From contig JAQVKX010000001.1 in NCBI GenBank assembly GCA_028694425.1, forward strand, positions 841 through 64,840: DNA of 64,000 nucleotides, in the 5' to 3' direction. Both the position numbers and the translations under genes were made by a program. Each line of letters opens with the position of its first letter. Position 1 is the first letter of the stretch. Positions 54,157 through 63,236 of the stretch are shown piece after piece. This stretch comes from Candidatus Gastranaerophilales bacterium (lineage in GTDB: Bacteria > Cyanobacteriota > Vampirovibrionia > Gastranaerophilales > Gastranaerophilaceae). The notes beneath the pieces are model-generated. The model searched no databases and had not been told where the DNA came from. It was given only the letters and a program-made list of their open reading frames with translations.

Positions 54157-55956
54157 TTATTTACACTCCGTCAAACTCGATAACTTTATCAAGTTCTTAA
54201 AGTCCGGATGTTTTTTCGATAATTCGGTGAATGTTCCTGTATCTATAATTTTACCGTCTTTTAAATAAATCAGCCTATCACAGCTTTTTAAAGTTGATAG
54301 TCTGTGTGCTATTGCTATAATGGTTTTTTCATCTTTTAATTCATTTAAAATTTCTGTTATTTCATGTTCTGTTTCAACATCGAGTGAAGACGTTGCCTCG
54401 TCAAAGATTAAAATTTTAGAATCCCTATATAATGCTCTGGCTATTGCCAACCTTTGTTTTTGACCTTGAGAAAGCCCAGATGCTCCTATTATTGCATTTG
54501 CATTTATTCCTCCCTTAAATTTATTTATAAATGTTTCCAGTTGAGCTTTTCTTAGAACTTCCATAACTTTTTTATCGTCAATTTCATTTTCATCCAGTCC
54601 CCAGGCAACATTACGTTTAAAAGAACCGTCCAGAATATTTATCTGTTGCGGAACATAGCCGATTAATCTTCTTAAGGAACTAAAATTTTGCTGATTAAAT
54701 TCAACATCATCAACAAAAATACTGCCTTCGTCAATCGGTAAAAGTCCCATTATAATATCAGCGAGCGTACTCTTCCCTGCTCCGGAAAGTCCAACTATAC
54801 CGACAAACTCACCCTTTTTAATCTCAAGGTTTAAGTCTTTTATAACAGGTTCTTTTTTATAAGCAAAACTTACATTATTTAATCTGATACTATTGTTAAA
54901 TTTAACTTCCATATCCGGTTTCTCTTCGACAAAATTCAATTTTTCAGCTTCATCAATCATTATTTTTACAAAACCGCGAGATGTATTGATTGAATTAATA
55001 GCAGACTGTATCCTGTTTAGAGAAGGTGCTATTCTAAATATAGCAGCCGCTACAACAGCATAAGACGCTATCATCCAAGCAGGGTTTTCAATATTTTGCA
55101 GAGAAATTATTCCGCCTAAAATTAATAAAGATAACACGGCCAAAATCTCTACTATATAAGGTGAAATGCCTCCATAAAAACCATTTTTAAAAGAAATATC
55201 ATTAAAATTTTTTTGGGAAGTTACATATTCATTAAAAAATTTTTTTTCTGCGGACAGTATTTTTATATCTTTTATATTGTTAATGCATTCCATTGTTTTT
55301 TCATTGCTGACAATTGAAATCCTAAAAAGTTTTTTAGAAATCTCTGTTATTTTATTTTTAAAAAGTTTATTTTGTACTGACATACTGAAAAATATGAAAA
55401 GACATGTAATAATCGCCGCAAGAGGAAATTTAATAAATAATAAAATTAAAATCATGCCTATAATTGTTAAACTGATAATCAGGTTTATCACACGGAATAT
55501 AAACCCGTTAAGAGTCTGATTAATTAGAAAATTTAAATTATAAATCTTTTCCGAAGGAGAAGTATCGAGAGAATTTTTATACGGTGAAAATAAGTAATAA
55601 TACATAAACTTATTATTTATGGCTAATTTCCAATTGAGTGTAAATTTATTTTGTAAATATACACTGAAAATCATAAAAAGGTTTTTTACAACAAATAAAA
55701 TTATAACCAGCAAACCTACTAAAAAAGCGTTAACCATAACATTATTTACATGAGAAAAAGAAGTAAAAGCTATATAATACTTATTTTGGACAATACTGTT
55801 TGGAGTAATTATCAATAAAATAAAAGGATAAACTAAAGCAATTCCTACAAATTCCATAAATCCGACCAATAAAGAAAGTATAAAAAAACCTAAAAGTTTA
55901 ATTTTACGCCCTTCTCCATAGCATTTTATAAAATTACAAAAATTCTCTACAAACAT
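54157..55956 (-). CDS. ABC exporter, fused permease/ATPase (MsbA-like)
   Basis: six N-terminal TM segments; Walker A GLSGAGKST, signature LSQGQKQR, Walker B ILIFDEATSSLD. Confidence 0.9.
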   Translation of the reverse strand: MFVENFCNFIKCYGEGRKIKLLGFFILSLLVGFMEFVGIALVYPFILLIITPNSIVQNKYYIAFTSFSHVNNVMVNAFLVGLLVIILFVVKNLFMIFSVYLQNKFTLNWKLAINNKFMYYYLFSPYKNSLDTSPSEKIYNLNFLINQTLNGFIFRVINLIISLTIIGMILILLFIKFPLAAIITCLFIFFSMSVQNKLFKNKITEISKKLFRISIVSNEKTMECINNIKDIKILSAEKKFFNEYVTSQKNFNDISFKNGFYGGISPYIVEILAVLSLLILGGIISLQNIENPAWMIASYAVVAAAIFRIAPSLNRIQSAINSINTSRGFVKIMIDEAEKLNFVEEKPDMEVKFNNSIRLNNVSFAYKKEPVIKDLNLEIKKGEFVGIVGLSGAGKSTLADIIMGLLPIDEGSIFVDDVEFNQQNFSSLRRLIGYVPQQINILDGSFKRNVAWGLDENEIDDKKVMEVLRKAQLETFINKFKGGINANAIIGASGLSQGQKQRLAIARALYRDSKILIFDEATSSLDVETEHEITEILNELKDEKTIIAIAHRLSTLKSCDRLIYLKDGKIIDTGTFTELSKKHPDFKNLIKLSSLTECK

Positions 55957-56000
55957 AAAATTAATTTATCACAAAATTATTTTGATGTATAATATCTATC

Positions 56001-56105
56001 AAAGTGAAATGTGAAATTTGAAAAGAAGTTTATAGGTTTATAAGGTGATAGGATTATAGGTTATTTTCAAACCTATAATCCCATAACCCGATAACCCTAT
56101 AAACC
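56001..56105. repeat. SWR cluster
   Basis: AAAGTGAAATGTGAAATTTGAAAAG; TTTATAGGTTTATAAGGTGATAGGATTATAGGTTA ... AACCTATAATCCCATAACCCGATAACCCTATAAACC. Confidence 0.9.
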
Positions 56106-56123
56106 AAAAAAAGGAGGTATATT

Positions 56124-56852
56124 ATGACAAATCCGGTTTTTAATCAAAACATGGTAGAAAGAGAAAGAGTGTTAGACTCTGAACCCATGACGGTCAACGG
56201 AGCGATTAACAAAACTTTTATATTATTTGCTCTTTTGTTGGGAGCAAGTTTAGTTGTGTGGGATTTATTTTTTAAAGGTTTTACCGATAAAGCATTTATG
56301 CTTGGAATGGTCGGCCTTGTGGTAAGCATAATTTCTTTTATTGTAATTATGTTTAACAGAAAAGCGATTGCAATAGCAGCACCTGTTTATGCAGCATCTG
56401 AAGGGCTTTTATTGGGCGGGATTTCGGCTATGTTTGAAAAAGCATACCCCGGAATTGCAATTCAGGCAATCACCGGAACTTTTGCGGCTTTGTTTTCACT
56501 GCTTTTTCTTTACAGAATAGGTGCAATCAAGTGTAGTGAAAAATTCAGAAGCGTTTTATTTATCTCAACTTTATCCATCGCAGGAATTTACCTTATAAAT
56601 TTAATCGGGTCATTTTTCGGTATGCAAATTCCTCAAATTTTTACATCCAGCACTATTGGTATAGGTTTTAGCATACTTGTTGTTTGTATTGCAGCTTTAA
56701 ACTTGATAATTGATTTTGATTTTATCGAACAAGGTGCACAAAACATGATTGGCAAAAATTATGAATGGTATGGTGCTTTCGGGCTAATGGTAACTCTTGT
56801 TTGGCTTTATATTGAAATACTCAATCTGTTAGCTAAGCTAAGGGAAAGATAA
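56124..56852 (+). CDS. Bax inhibitor-1-like/YccA-type membrane protein
   Basis: MTNPVF N-terminus and 7 TM segments, resembling the Bax1-I-like family; AGGAGG RBS. Confidence 0.7.
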   Translation: MTNPVFNQNMVERERVLDSEPMTVNGAINKTFILFALLLGASLVVWDLFFKGFTDKAFMLGMVGLVVSIISFIVIMFNRKAIAIAAPVYAASEGLLLGGISAMFEKAYPGIAIQAITGTFAALFSLLFLYRIGAIKCSEKFRSVLFISTLSIAGIYLINLIGSFFGMQIPQIFTSSTIGIGFSILVVCIAALNLIIDFDFIEQGAQNMIGKNYEWYGAFGLMVTLVWLYIEILNLLAKLRER

Positions 56853-56994
56853 AAATAGTGAATAGTGAATAGTGAATGGTGAATAGAAGTGAAAGGTGAA
56901 AGGAAAAGAATTTTACCTATTCAGAATTTTCCATTTAAAACCTATTTACTATTCACCATTCACCATTCACTATTCACTATTCACTATTCACCTT
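56853..56994. repeat. SWR cluster, clearest inverted pair
   Basis: AATAGTGAATAGTGAATAGTGAATGGTGAATAGAAGTGAAAGGTGAAAGG ... CTATTCACCATTCACCATTCACTATTCACTATTCACTATTCACC. Confidence 0.95.
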
Positions 56995-57046
56995 TTTGCC
57001 CTCGGGATTTTTTTATGATATAATCTCGTTAGAATAAAGAGGAATT

Positions 57047-57997
57047 ATGAAAATCAGTGTAAAAGTACCTGCTACTACAGCAAACTTTGGGTCGGGATTT
57101 GATTGTTTAGGCATGGCATTGCCGATATACAATATAATAACTATTGAAGAAACAGTACTTCCCGGTACGGGAATTGAAATCAATGTAATTTCCGAAACAG
57201 ATGATGATGACGATTTTGCCATCGAACATATCCCAAAGGACGAAACAAATATTATATATAAAGCCGTTGAAATGCTTTATAATTCAATCGGTCAGTCTCC
57301 AAGCGAATTAAGGATTAATATAAAATCTCAAATACCTATAGCAAAAGGGCTTGGAAGTTCCGCATCAATTATTGTAGGCGGATTGTTGGCGGCGAACGAG
57401 CTTTTAGGTAAACCTGCCGATGAAGCTGCTTTGCTTTCAATTGCTACTGAAGTCGAAGGACATCCGGATAACGTTGTTCCTGCGATTGTAGGCGGATTGG
57501 TTATGACTTCTCAAGAACATGACGGTAGCATAATTTACAGAAAACTGCCTTGGCCTGAAGAATGGCATTTGACAATTTGTATTCCGAATTACGAAATTGC
57601 AACCGAAATAGCACGGTCAGTTTTACCCAAAGAAGTTCCGCTTGCCGATGCTACTTTTAATTCAAGAAGAGTAGCAATGTTTGTTGAAGCATTACACACA
57701 AAAGATGCCGGGTTAATGAAACTGGCTCTTCAAGATAGATTACATCAGCCTTACAGAATGAAACTGGTTCCGGGCTTGCAAGATATTATAGACAACTTAA
57801 AACACGAAGAAAACGTTATAGGCTGTGTTTTAAGCGGTGCAGGACCTTCAATTCTGGTTATTTCGCAAAAAAATAACTTGGATAGAATTAAATCAATAGT
57901 AAACGATACTTGGGAAAATTACAACGTTAAAACCGATATCCGAACTTTAAAAGTCGAATCCAACGGTGCCCAAATTCTTGAAGCAAGTTATCTTTAA
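57047..57997 (+). CDS. thrB: homoserine kinase
   Basis: VPATTANFGSGFD and GHMP-kinase PIAKGLGSSAS motifs. Confidence 0.93.
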   Translation: MKISVKVPATTANFGSGFDCLGMALPIYNIITIEETVLPGTGIEINVISETDDDDDFAIEHIPKDETNIIYKAVEMLYNSIGQSPSELRINIKSQIPIAKGLGSSASIIVGGLLAANELLGKPADEAALLSIATEVEGHPDNVVPAIVGGLVMTSQEHDGSIIYRKLPWPEEWHLTICIPNYEIATEIARSVLPKEVPLADATFNSRRVAMFVEALHTKDAGLMKLALQDRLHQPYRMKLVPGLQDIIDNLKHEENVIGCVLSGAGPSILVISQKNNLDRIKSIVNDTWENYNVKTDIRTLKVESNGAQILEASYL

Positions 57998-58001
57998 CAA
58001 C

Positions 58002-58026
58002 AGTAGGATGGGATTACTATCCCACC
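58002..58026. repeat. GTAGG-hairpin 3' element
   Basis: AGTAGGATGGGATTACTATCCCACC between convergent thrB and dgkA. Confidence 0.7.
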
Positions 58027-58030
58027 AACA

Positions 58031-58414
58031 CTAACAATAAGCAAAAATGCAAATCAGCTTAGACCCGAAAAGCAGAATTCCGATGGCTATACTTATGAAG
58101 GTTGCTACCATAACAGCCCCTGCCGCTATGTCTTTTGCCATTCCGACAAGTTTTGAGTACCTGTTGTGAAAAATTGCATCCAACGTAAATTCTATCGCTG
58201 AATTAACCATTTCTGTCATTATTACAATCGCAATTGCAATCAACAACAGACAAAATTCAACCGTATTAAAATGCAGGACAATTCCACTTGAAATTGCAAC
58301 CAGAGCAGCTACAAAGTGGATTCTTATGTTTCTTTCACTCTTTAGTGCTAATCTTATCCCCTTAAAAGAATTTTTGAATGTTCCGGTAAACCCCGGTGCT
58401 TTATACTTCGACAC
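58031..58414 (-). CDS. dgkA: diacylglycerol/undecaprenol kinase family protein
   Basis: FKNSFKGIRLALKSERNIRIH...EMVNSAIE motifs; start placed at the GTG at 58414 with GGAGG 4 nt upstream. The ORF track extends to 58627 through repeat words. Confidence 0.75.
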   Translation of the reverse strand: MSKYKAPGFTGTFKNSFKGIRLALKSERNIRIHFVAALVAISSGIVLHFNTVEFCLLLIAIAIVIMTEMVNSAIEFTLDAIFHNRYSKLVGMAKDIAAGAVMVATFISIAIGILLFGSKLICIFAYC

Positions 58415-58505
58415 TTTTCCTCCGCTAATAAATTTTTTTAAAAGAGTTTTTACTCGGTTGTCTATAGTTGAACGGTTGAAAGGCTTAAAAACCGAATGAT
58501 TGTCA

Positions 58506-58645
58506 GAAGCGTGGAGGCGTAGATGCGTAGAGGCGTAGTTTTCATCCCGCTCTTCTATGCATCTTATCTTCTTGTCCTCTTGTCTTCTCTTTCTTTGCTT
58601 TTTGCTTTTTACCTTTTCACCCTTCATGCTTCACCCTTCACTTTC
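58506..58645. repeat. SWR cluster at the ybeY/dgkA junction
   Basis: GAAGCGTGGAGGCGTAGATGCGTAGAGGCGTAG ... CTATGCATCTTATCTTCTTGTCCTCTTGTCTTCTC ... TTTGCTTTTTGCTTTTTACCTTTTCACCCTTCA. Confidence 0.9.
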
Positions 58646-59190
58646 TGAAGAGCAACTTTTTGAGCACTCACAATAAAAGTATACTCTTCATCTGTTTTAT
58701 GGTCAAATCCAAGTAAATGTAAAATACCATGGGCGATTAAGAAATAAAGCTCTTCTTTGGTTGAATGGGTGAATGGGTGAATAGGTGAACGGTTATTTTG
58801 GATTGCATCTGTTTTCTCTCCCACGTTTTCTGTTCCCTTTTCAAAAACTTTGTCTAAAGAAATAATAATTTCACCTAAATTTATTTCACCGTCGAATACA
58901 AATTTATCTTCACTATCTGCAAAAATTGCAAATGTAATTATGTCAGCCGGATAATCCTTTTGACGATATTCTTTATTAATTTGATGTGTTTTTTCATTGT
59001 CACAGTATAAAATATCAAACGATATACATTTAAAATCAAAATTAAAAAGACATGATGAATTAAAGATATTTTTTTCCTTTAAATAAAAATGAAGTATCTT
59101 TTTTGCAATTTGTATTGCTTTTTTTTCATCAACTGCCAAGTCCTTATGTATATTTTCGGAAAATATATTAATTGTTGTCATTTTTTTCAC
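58624..59190 (-). CDS. ybeY: endoribonuclease YbeY with a repeat-derived internal insertion
   Basis: HGILHLLGFDH zinc motif and DIITFAIF/GEIIISLDKV upstream blocks. Confidence 0.9.
   Translation of the reverse strand: MKKMTTINIFSENIHKDLAVDEKKAIQIAKKILHFYLKEKNIFNSSCLFNFDFKCISFDILYCDNEKTHQINKEYRQKDYPADIITFAIFADSEDKFVFDGEINLGEIIISLDKVFEKGTENVGEKTDAIQNNRSPIHPFTHSTKEELYFLIAHGILHLLGFDHKTDEEYTFIVSAQKVALQKVKGEA
58761..58810. repeat. SWR words inside ybeY, in frame
   Basis: TTGAATGGGTGAATGGGTGAATAGGTGAACGG, translated on the minus strand as RSPIHPFTHST. Confidence 0.8.
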
Positions 59191-61369
59191 TTATTTTACC
59201 GTTTTGTTTTTCAAGTTCTTGAATTTTATCATCCAATTCTTGATCAATAACTTTATCCGGTATGTTAATTCTTGTTTTATCAAATTCTTGAACAATATCT
59301 TCATGATAGCGAATTCTGTTATGCTGCATTCCGCGTAAAATTCTGTTGAAAGTGGCGGCTATTGTTTTTACATCTTTTAGCGTTAAAGGACTGTCGGAGA
59401 GTTGTCCGTCATTTAATCGTTCTATGATGACTTTATCTATAATTTTTTCAATTTCTTCGTTCGTAGGACTTTTTAAAGAGCGTACGGCAGATTCTACGGC
59501 ATCTGCAATCATAAGAATAGCAGTTTCTTTCATATTGGGTTTAGGTCCGGTATATCTGAATTGTTCTTCTTTAACGTTTTCAGCTCCTTCTTCTGCAATT
59601 GCCTGAGTATAAAAATAACTTGCCAAACCTTCACCATGGTGTTGTAATATGAAATTATATAGAATAGGCGGAAGCCCGTATTCTTTCGCAAGTTCAAACC
59701 CGTCTTTCGGGTGAGCAGTGATAACCATTTTACTTAATCTCGGATTAAGTTTTGCATGCGGATTTTCAATTCCGAAGTAAGATTGGTTTTCTACGAAAAA
59801 TAAAGGTCTTTTTAATTTTCCGATGTCATGATAAAAAGCTCCTACTCTTGCCAAAATGGGGTTGGCACCTACCGCCTCTGCAGCAGCTTCACATAAATTT
59901 GAAACCATCAAGCTATGATGGTAAGTCCCGGGGGCTTCAAATTGCAAACGTTTTAATAAAGGTTGATTATGATCGGCAAGTTCCGCTAATCCGTAAGGCG
60001 TTATAATTTTGAAAGCACTTTCCAAAAGCGGCAAAAGCCCAAGAGCTATAACACCGCTCAATATTCCGTTTAAGAAAACCACGGAAGTATCTTTTATCAT
60101 CAAAAAATTATCTACATCAATCAGACATTTTTCTAACGAATAAATTATAACAACAATAATTGCAGATGCAATGGCAATTTCCAGCCCTGTTCTTATCAAA
60201 TCAAATCTGCGGGAGAATTTTACTCTCGCAATTGCAACCATTGATATTAAATTAATTAGAATAAACGCACTTATAAATTGAAGATTGTATCCCATTGCAA
60301 TTGAAATTATTGCAAGAATTATGGATGCTTCTATAAATGCTATTCTCGGATTTGTAAATATCGCCAGAATAATTATAAATGCAGGAAAAGGCAGTATATA
60401 ACTTGAAATCTCAGGAGGAATCATTACTCCGGCTAAAGTGAAAACTAACGCTAAAATAGCAGCTATCATTAAATGATTTGTCTCAAGATAACTCTTTTCA
60501 AATGTTTTCATATATCTTAAAAATGCCAAAGTTCCTAAAATAACAAGAACAAATATGCCTAAAAAGCCTTTATAGCCTATTTCAAGAACGTTATAACCCG
60601 CTTTTACCAATGCGTCACGTTTTACTTGGGTAACAGGCTCACCTTCAAAAAGAATTTTTTCGCCTTTTTCAAAAGTAACTTCGTAAGGTTTAACTGAATT
60701 TTGGGCATTTCTTCGTGCAGTATCGGTTGCATATTCGTCTATTACTAAATTTGGAACAATAACCTGTTCTAAAAGAGCTGATATAACAGTAACTTGGTTT
60801 TTTGTTACATTCGGAACCAAATTTTTATATATAATTTTGTTAATATTATTTTGTTCATAGTCTTTTTCGGTAATTCCTATTCCCAGAATATTTGTCAAGG
60901 TTAAAGTTGCTTTGTCAAAAACTTGTTGTAGATTTTTATCATCGGTCTTTAATAAATAATTAATTACATAATTTTTTTTATAACCTTCCTGCATATCAAA
61001 AAGTAAACCTATTTCATCTTTTTTAACGGAAACAGATACATTTTTTTTCCTTATTTGCATAATTGAACTTTGCAATGTTGCAAGGTTATTTTTAATAAAA
61101 CTGTCATCCGCAGGTGCTAAAATAGGATCAATTCTTTGAGCTATATCTTTTTTATGAAGTTCGGTTTTTTGAACATCTACAACCTTAATTGTTTTATGTG
61201 CAATAATATCTTTTTTACTTATTCCGTTCTCAATAATGCTTTTAAAAAAGAAATTTTGAGAAGATATCATAGCACTCATGATTACGGTAAATATCAAAAA
61301 TGCCAAAATATTAAATACTTTTGATGAAGAAAAAAATTCAGCCGTTTTTTCAAAAGCTTTTATTTCCAT
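59168..61369 (-). CDS. 7TM-receptor HD/HDIG phosphohydrolase (YqfF/PgpH-like)
   Basis: extracellular N-domain, 7 TM block, C-terminal HD domain (HHSLMVSNL...YHDIGK...ADAVES). Confidence 0.88.
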   Translation of the reverse strand: MEIKAFEKTAEFFSSSKVFNILAFLIFTVIMSAMISSQNFFFKSIIENGISKKDIIAHKTIKVVDVQKTELHKKDIAQRIDPILAPADDSFIKNNLATLQSSIMQIRKKNVSVSVKKDEIGLLFDMQEGYKKNYVINYLLKTDDKNLQQVFDKATLTLTNILGIGITEKDYEQNNINKIIYKNLVPNVTKNQVTVISALLEQVIVPNLVIDEYATDTARRNAQNSVKPYEVTFEKGEKILFEGEPVTQVKRDALVKAGYNVLEIGYKGFLGIFVLVILGTLAFLRYMKTFEKSYLETNHLMIAAILALVFTLAGVMIPPEISSYILPFPAFIIILAIFTNPRIAFIEASIILAIISIAMGYNLQFISAFILINLISMVAIARVKFSRRFDLIRTGLEIAIASAIIVVIIYSLEKCLIDVDNFLMIKDTSVVFLNGILSGVIALGLLPLLESAFKIITPYGLAELADHNQPLLKRLQFEAPGTYHHSLMVSNLCEAAAEAVGANPILARVGAFYHDIGKLKRPLFFVENQSYFGIENPHAKLNPRLSKMVITAHPKDGFELAKEYGLPPILYNFILQHHGEGLASYFYTQAIAEEGAENVKEEQFRYTGPKPNMKETAILMIADAVESAVRSLKSPTNEEIEKIIDKVIIERLNDGQLSDSPLTLKDVKTIAATFNRILRGMQHNRIRYHEDIVQEFDKTRINIPDKVIDQELDDKIQELEKQNGKISEKNDNN

Positions 61370-61436
61370 AAATAAATCCTTTTTATAATAATTGTTATTA
61401 TATAACGGTTATAAATAAAAACAATAGGGTATTTGG

Positions 61437-61620
61437 TTGAAAGGTAAAATGTGAAAGATGAAAGGTGAAAAGAATTAGAGAGATGACAAGAAGACAAGAT
61501 GCGTAGATGCGTAGTTTTTAAAAGTGAAATGCGAAAAGGGAAATTAACAATTCTGTTTACTGTTTACTTTTAAAAACTTATCAACATATAAGCCTATAAA
61601 CTTCTTCTCACCTTTCACTT
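61437..61620. repeat. SWR cluster (core at 61490-61514)
   Basis: GTTGAAAGGTAAAATGTGAAAGATGAAAGGTGAAAAG...GATGACAAGAAGACAAGATGCGTAGATGCGTAGTTTTTAAAAGTGAAATGCGAAAAGGGAAA. Confidence 0.9.
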
Positions 61621-63213
61621 TTTAATATAAGCATAAATTAAATAATCATCGGATTTGTCATAATGAACGGTTTTAATTATTTTAGCATTTTTGTTTAACC
61701 ATAAAATAATCGGTTTCGAATCTCCAAAAGGTAAATAAAACCAATAATATCCTGCTTGCAAATCATTTAAATTGTCTGATATTACGGTTTTATTTTTAAT
61801 TTTATGAAAAGATGAATAATAAGCGTATTCTGTATTTGAATCTTTGTTAACAAAAATTATATCTGTCGATTCCAGATTTTTAACCATAGTTCGCATCATT
61901 TCACGAGGGTGTTCCCACTTCGAAATGTCGCTTGAATAAATAAAGTCATTGATTTTTATAATTTGAGGTACAAACGTAAAAAATGTAAGGAAAAATATAG
62001 CAAATAATTCAATTTTTCTTTTAAACGTTACCGTATCTAAAGGTTTTATCATTATTAACAAAAATATCGGCAATAAAAATAGAACCAGCCTGTCTGTGAA
62101 AGGATATATGTGTAAAAGCGATGCAACAATAAGAAATATAAAACTGATTACAGATATATTTAAAAAATCGGATTTTTCTTTGTAAAAAATATTTATCCCC
62201 CAAATTAACAGGAACAAAGCACAAAGTAGGCATTCCATAGGAAAGAAAAAATATTTTATATTTTCAAACAATAAATATAAGAAAAACAAAGAGTTTAAAT
62301 TTAAGAAATTACCGCTCCAATAATTAACCATAATAGTTCCTGTATAGTTTGGAATCAAATATACTTTCAGATAAATTAACAAACTTAAACCGAAGAAAAA
62401 AGGTAAAAGGTAAAAGATATTTTTCTTAAAAGTGGATAAGTGATTAAAAAGTTGAATAGGTGAATAGGTGAACAGGTGAATGGGTGAATGGTTATATTTT
62501 TTACTATTTGCCATTTGCCATTTATTATTTGCTTTCTCTCTTTCATCTTTCATCTTTCCTGTAGTCTTTTTACTTAAAACAGCTTGCCCTCTTGCCTTCT
62601 TGCCCTCCTGTCCTCTTTTTAATTGTATTGCCTTGAAAACAAGCCCGCCTGCGATGATAAAGACAGAAGTAAATGAAAACCAGGGAAGAACAGCTAAAAT
62701 AATCCCATAAATAACAACTTTTTTTGTATTTAATTTTTCTATGTCCAAATTTATAAAGAATAACAGACAAAGTATTGCAATAAGAACATCGGTGCCGTAC
62801 TGCTTAAATTCAAAAGAATAATCAATCAGTTTTTGATTTATTGCAAACAAAAAAACTGCCCAAAAAACAGTAGATTTAACTTTTAATGTTTGCAGAGCAA
62901 GAAAATAAAAGGCTATAATAGCAGTACATCCCGATAAAAAAGGGATTAACCTTAAAGTAAAATCGGTAAATCCCAGTAATTTAACAGTTAATTTTGTTAT
63001 AACCATAAAAAACGGGGGAGCCATTTGATGAAAAGACAATATTTTAAATAAATCCAGATAGCCTCTATATTTAACATTCCAACCCAAAGCACATTCATCA
63101 TGCCAAAGGGAAGGGTCATAAATTAAACCTTTCAGGCGGAGTAAAATTCCCAAGGATATAATAAGATACAACAAAATATTGTACCAGTGTTTTTTCAATA
63201 CCTCTCTTTTCAT
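61615..63213 (-). CDS. polytopic membrane glycosyltransferase, GT39/ArnT-like, with a repeat-derived ~70-aa insertion
   Basis: N-terminal LRLKGLIYDPSLWHDE pattern typical of PMT_2/GT39-type enzymes; more than 10 TM segments. Confidence 0.6.
   Translation of the reverse strand: MKREVLKKHWYNILLYLIISLGILLRLKGLIYDPSLWHDECALGWNVKYRGYLDLFKILSFHQMAPPFFMVITKLTVKLLGFTDFTLRLIPFLSGCTAIIAFYFLALQTLKVKSTVFWAVFLFAINQKLIDYSFEFKQYGTDVLIAILCLLFFINLDIEKLNTKKVVIYGIILAVLPWFSFTSVFIIAGGLVFKAIQLKRGQEGKKARGQAVLSKKTTGKMKDEREKANNKWQMANSKKYNHSPIHLFTYSPIQLFNHLSTFKKNIFYLLPFFFGLSLLIYLKVYLIPNYTGTIMVNYWSGNFLNLNSLFFLYLLFENIKYFFFPMECLLCALFLLIWGINIFYKEKSDFLNISVISFIFLIVASLLHIYPFTDRLVLFLLPIFLLIMIKPLDTVTFKRKIELFAIFFLTFFTFVPQIIKINDFIYSSDISKWEHPREMMRTMVKNLESTDIIFVNKDSNTEYAYYSSFHKIKNKTVISDNLNDLQAGYYWFYLPFGDSKPIILWLNKNAKIIKTVHYDKSDDYLIYAYIKK
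62400..62620. repeat. SWR cluster inside the GT39-like gene, in frame
   Basis: AGGTAAAAGGTAAAAG, TTGAATAGGTGAATAGGTGAACAGGTGAATGGGTGAATGG, TTTGCCATTTGCCATTT, TTTCATCTTTCATCTTTCC, CTTGCCCTCTTGCCTTCTTGCCCTCCTGTCCTC. Confidence 0.85.
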
Positions 63214-63236
63214 GTAAAAATATCATATCAAAAATA

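Noticed and set aside
58415-58627. 71-aa N-terminal extension of DgkA
   Set aside because: It is composed entirely of intergenic-type repeat words. A GTG with GGAGG 4 nt upstream at 58414 yields a protein of normal DgkA length. It is kept as a boundary-effect finding rather than as coding sequence.
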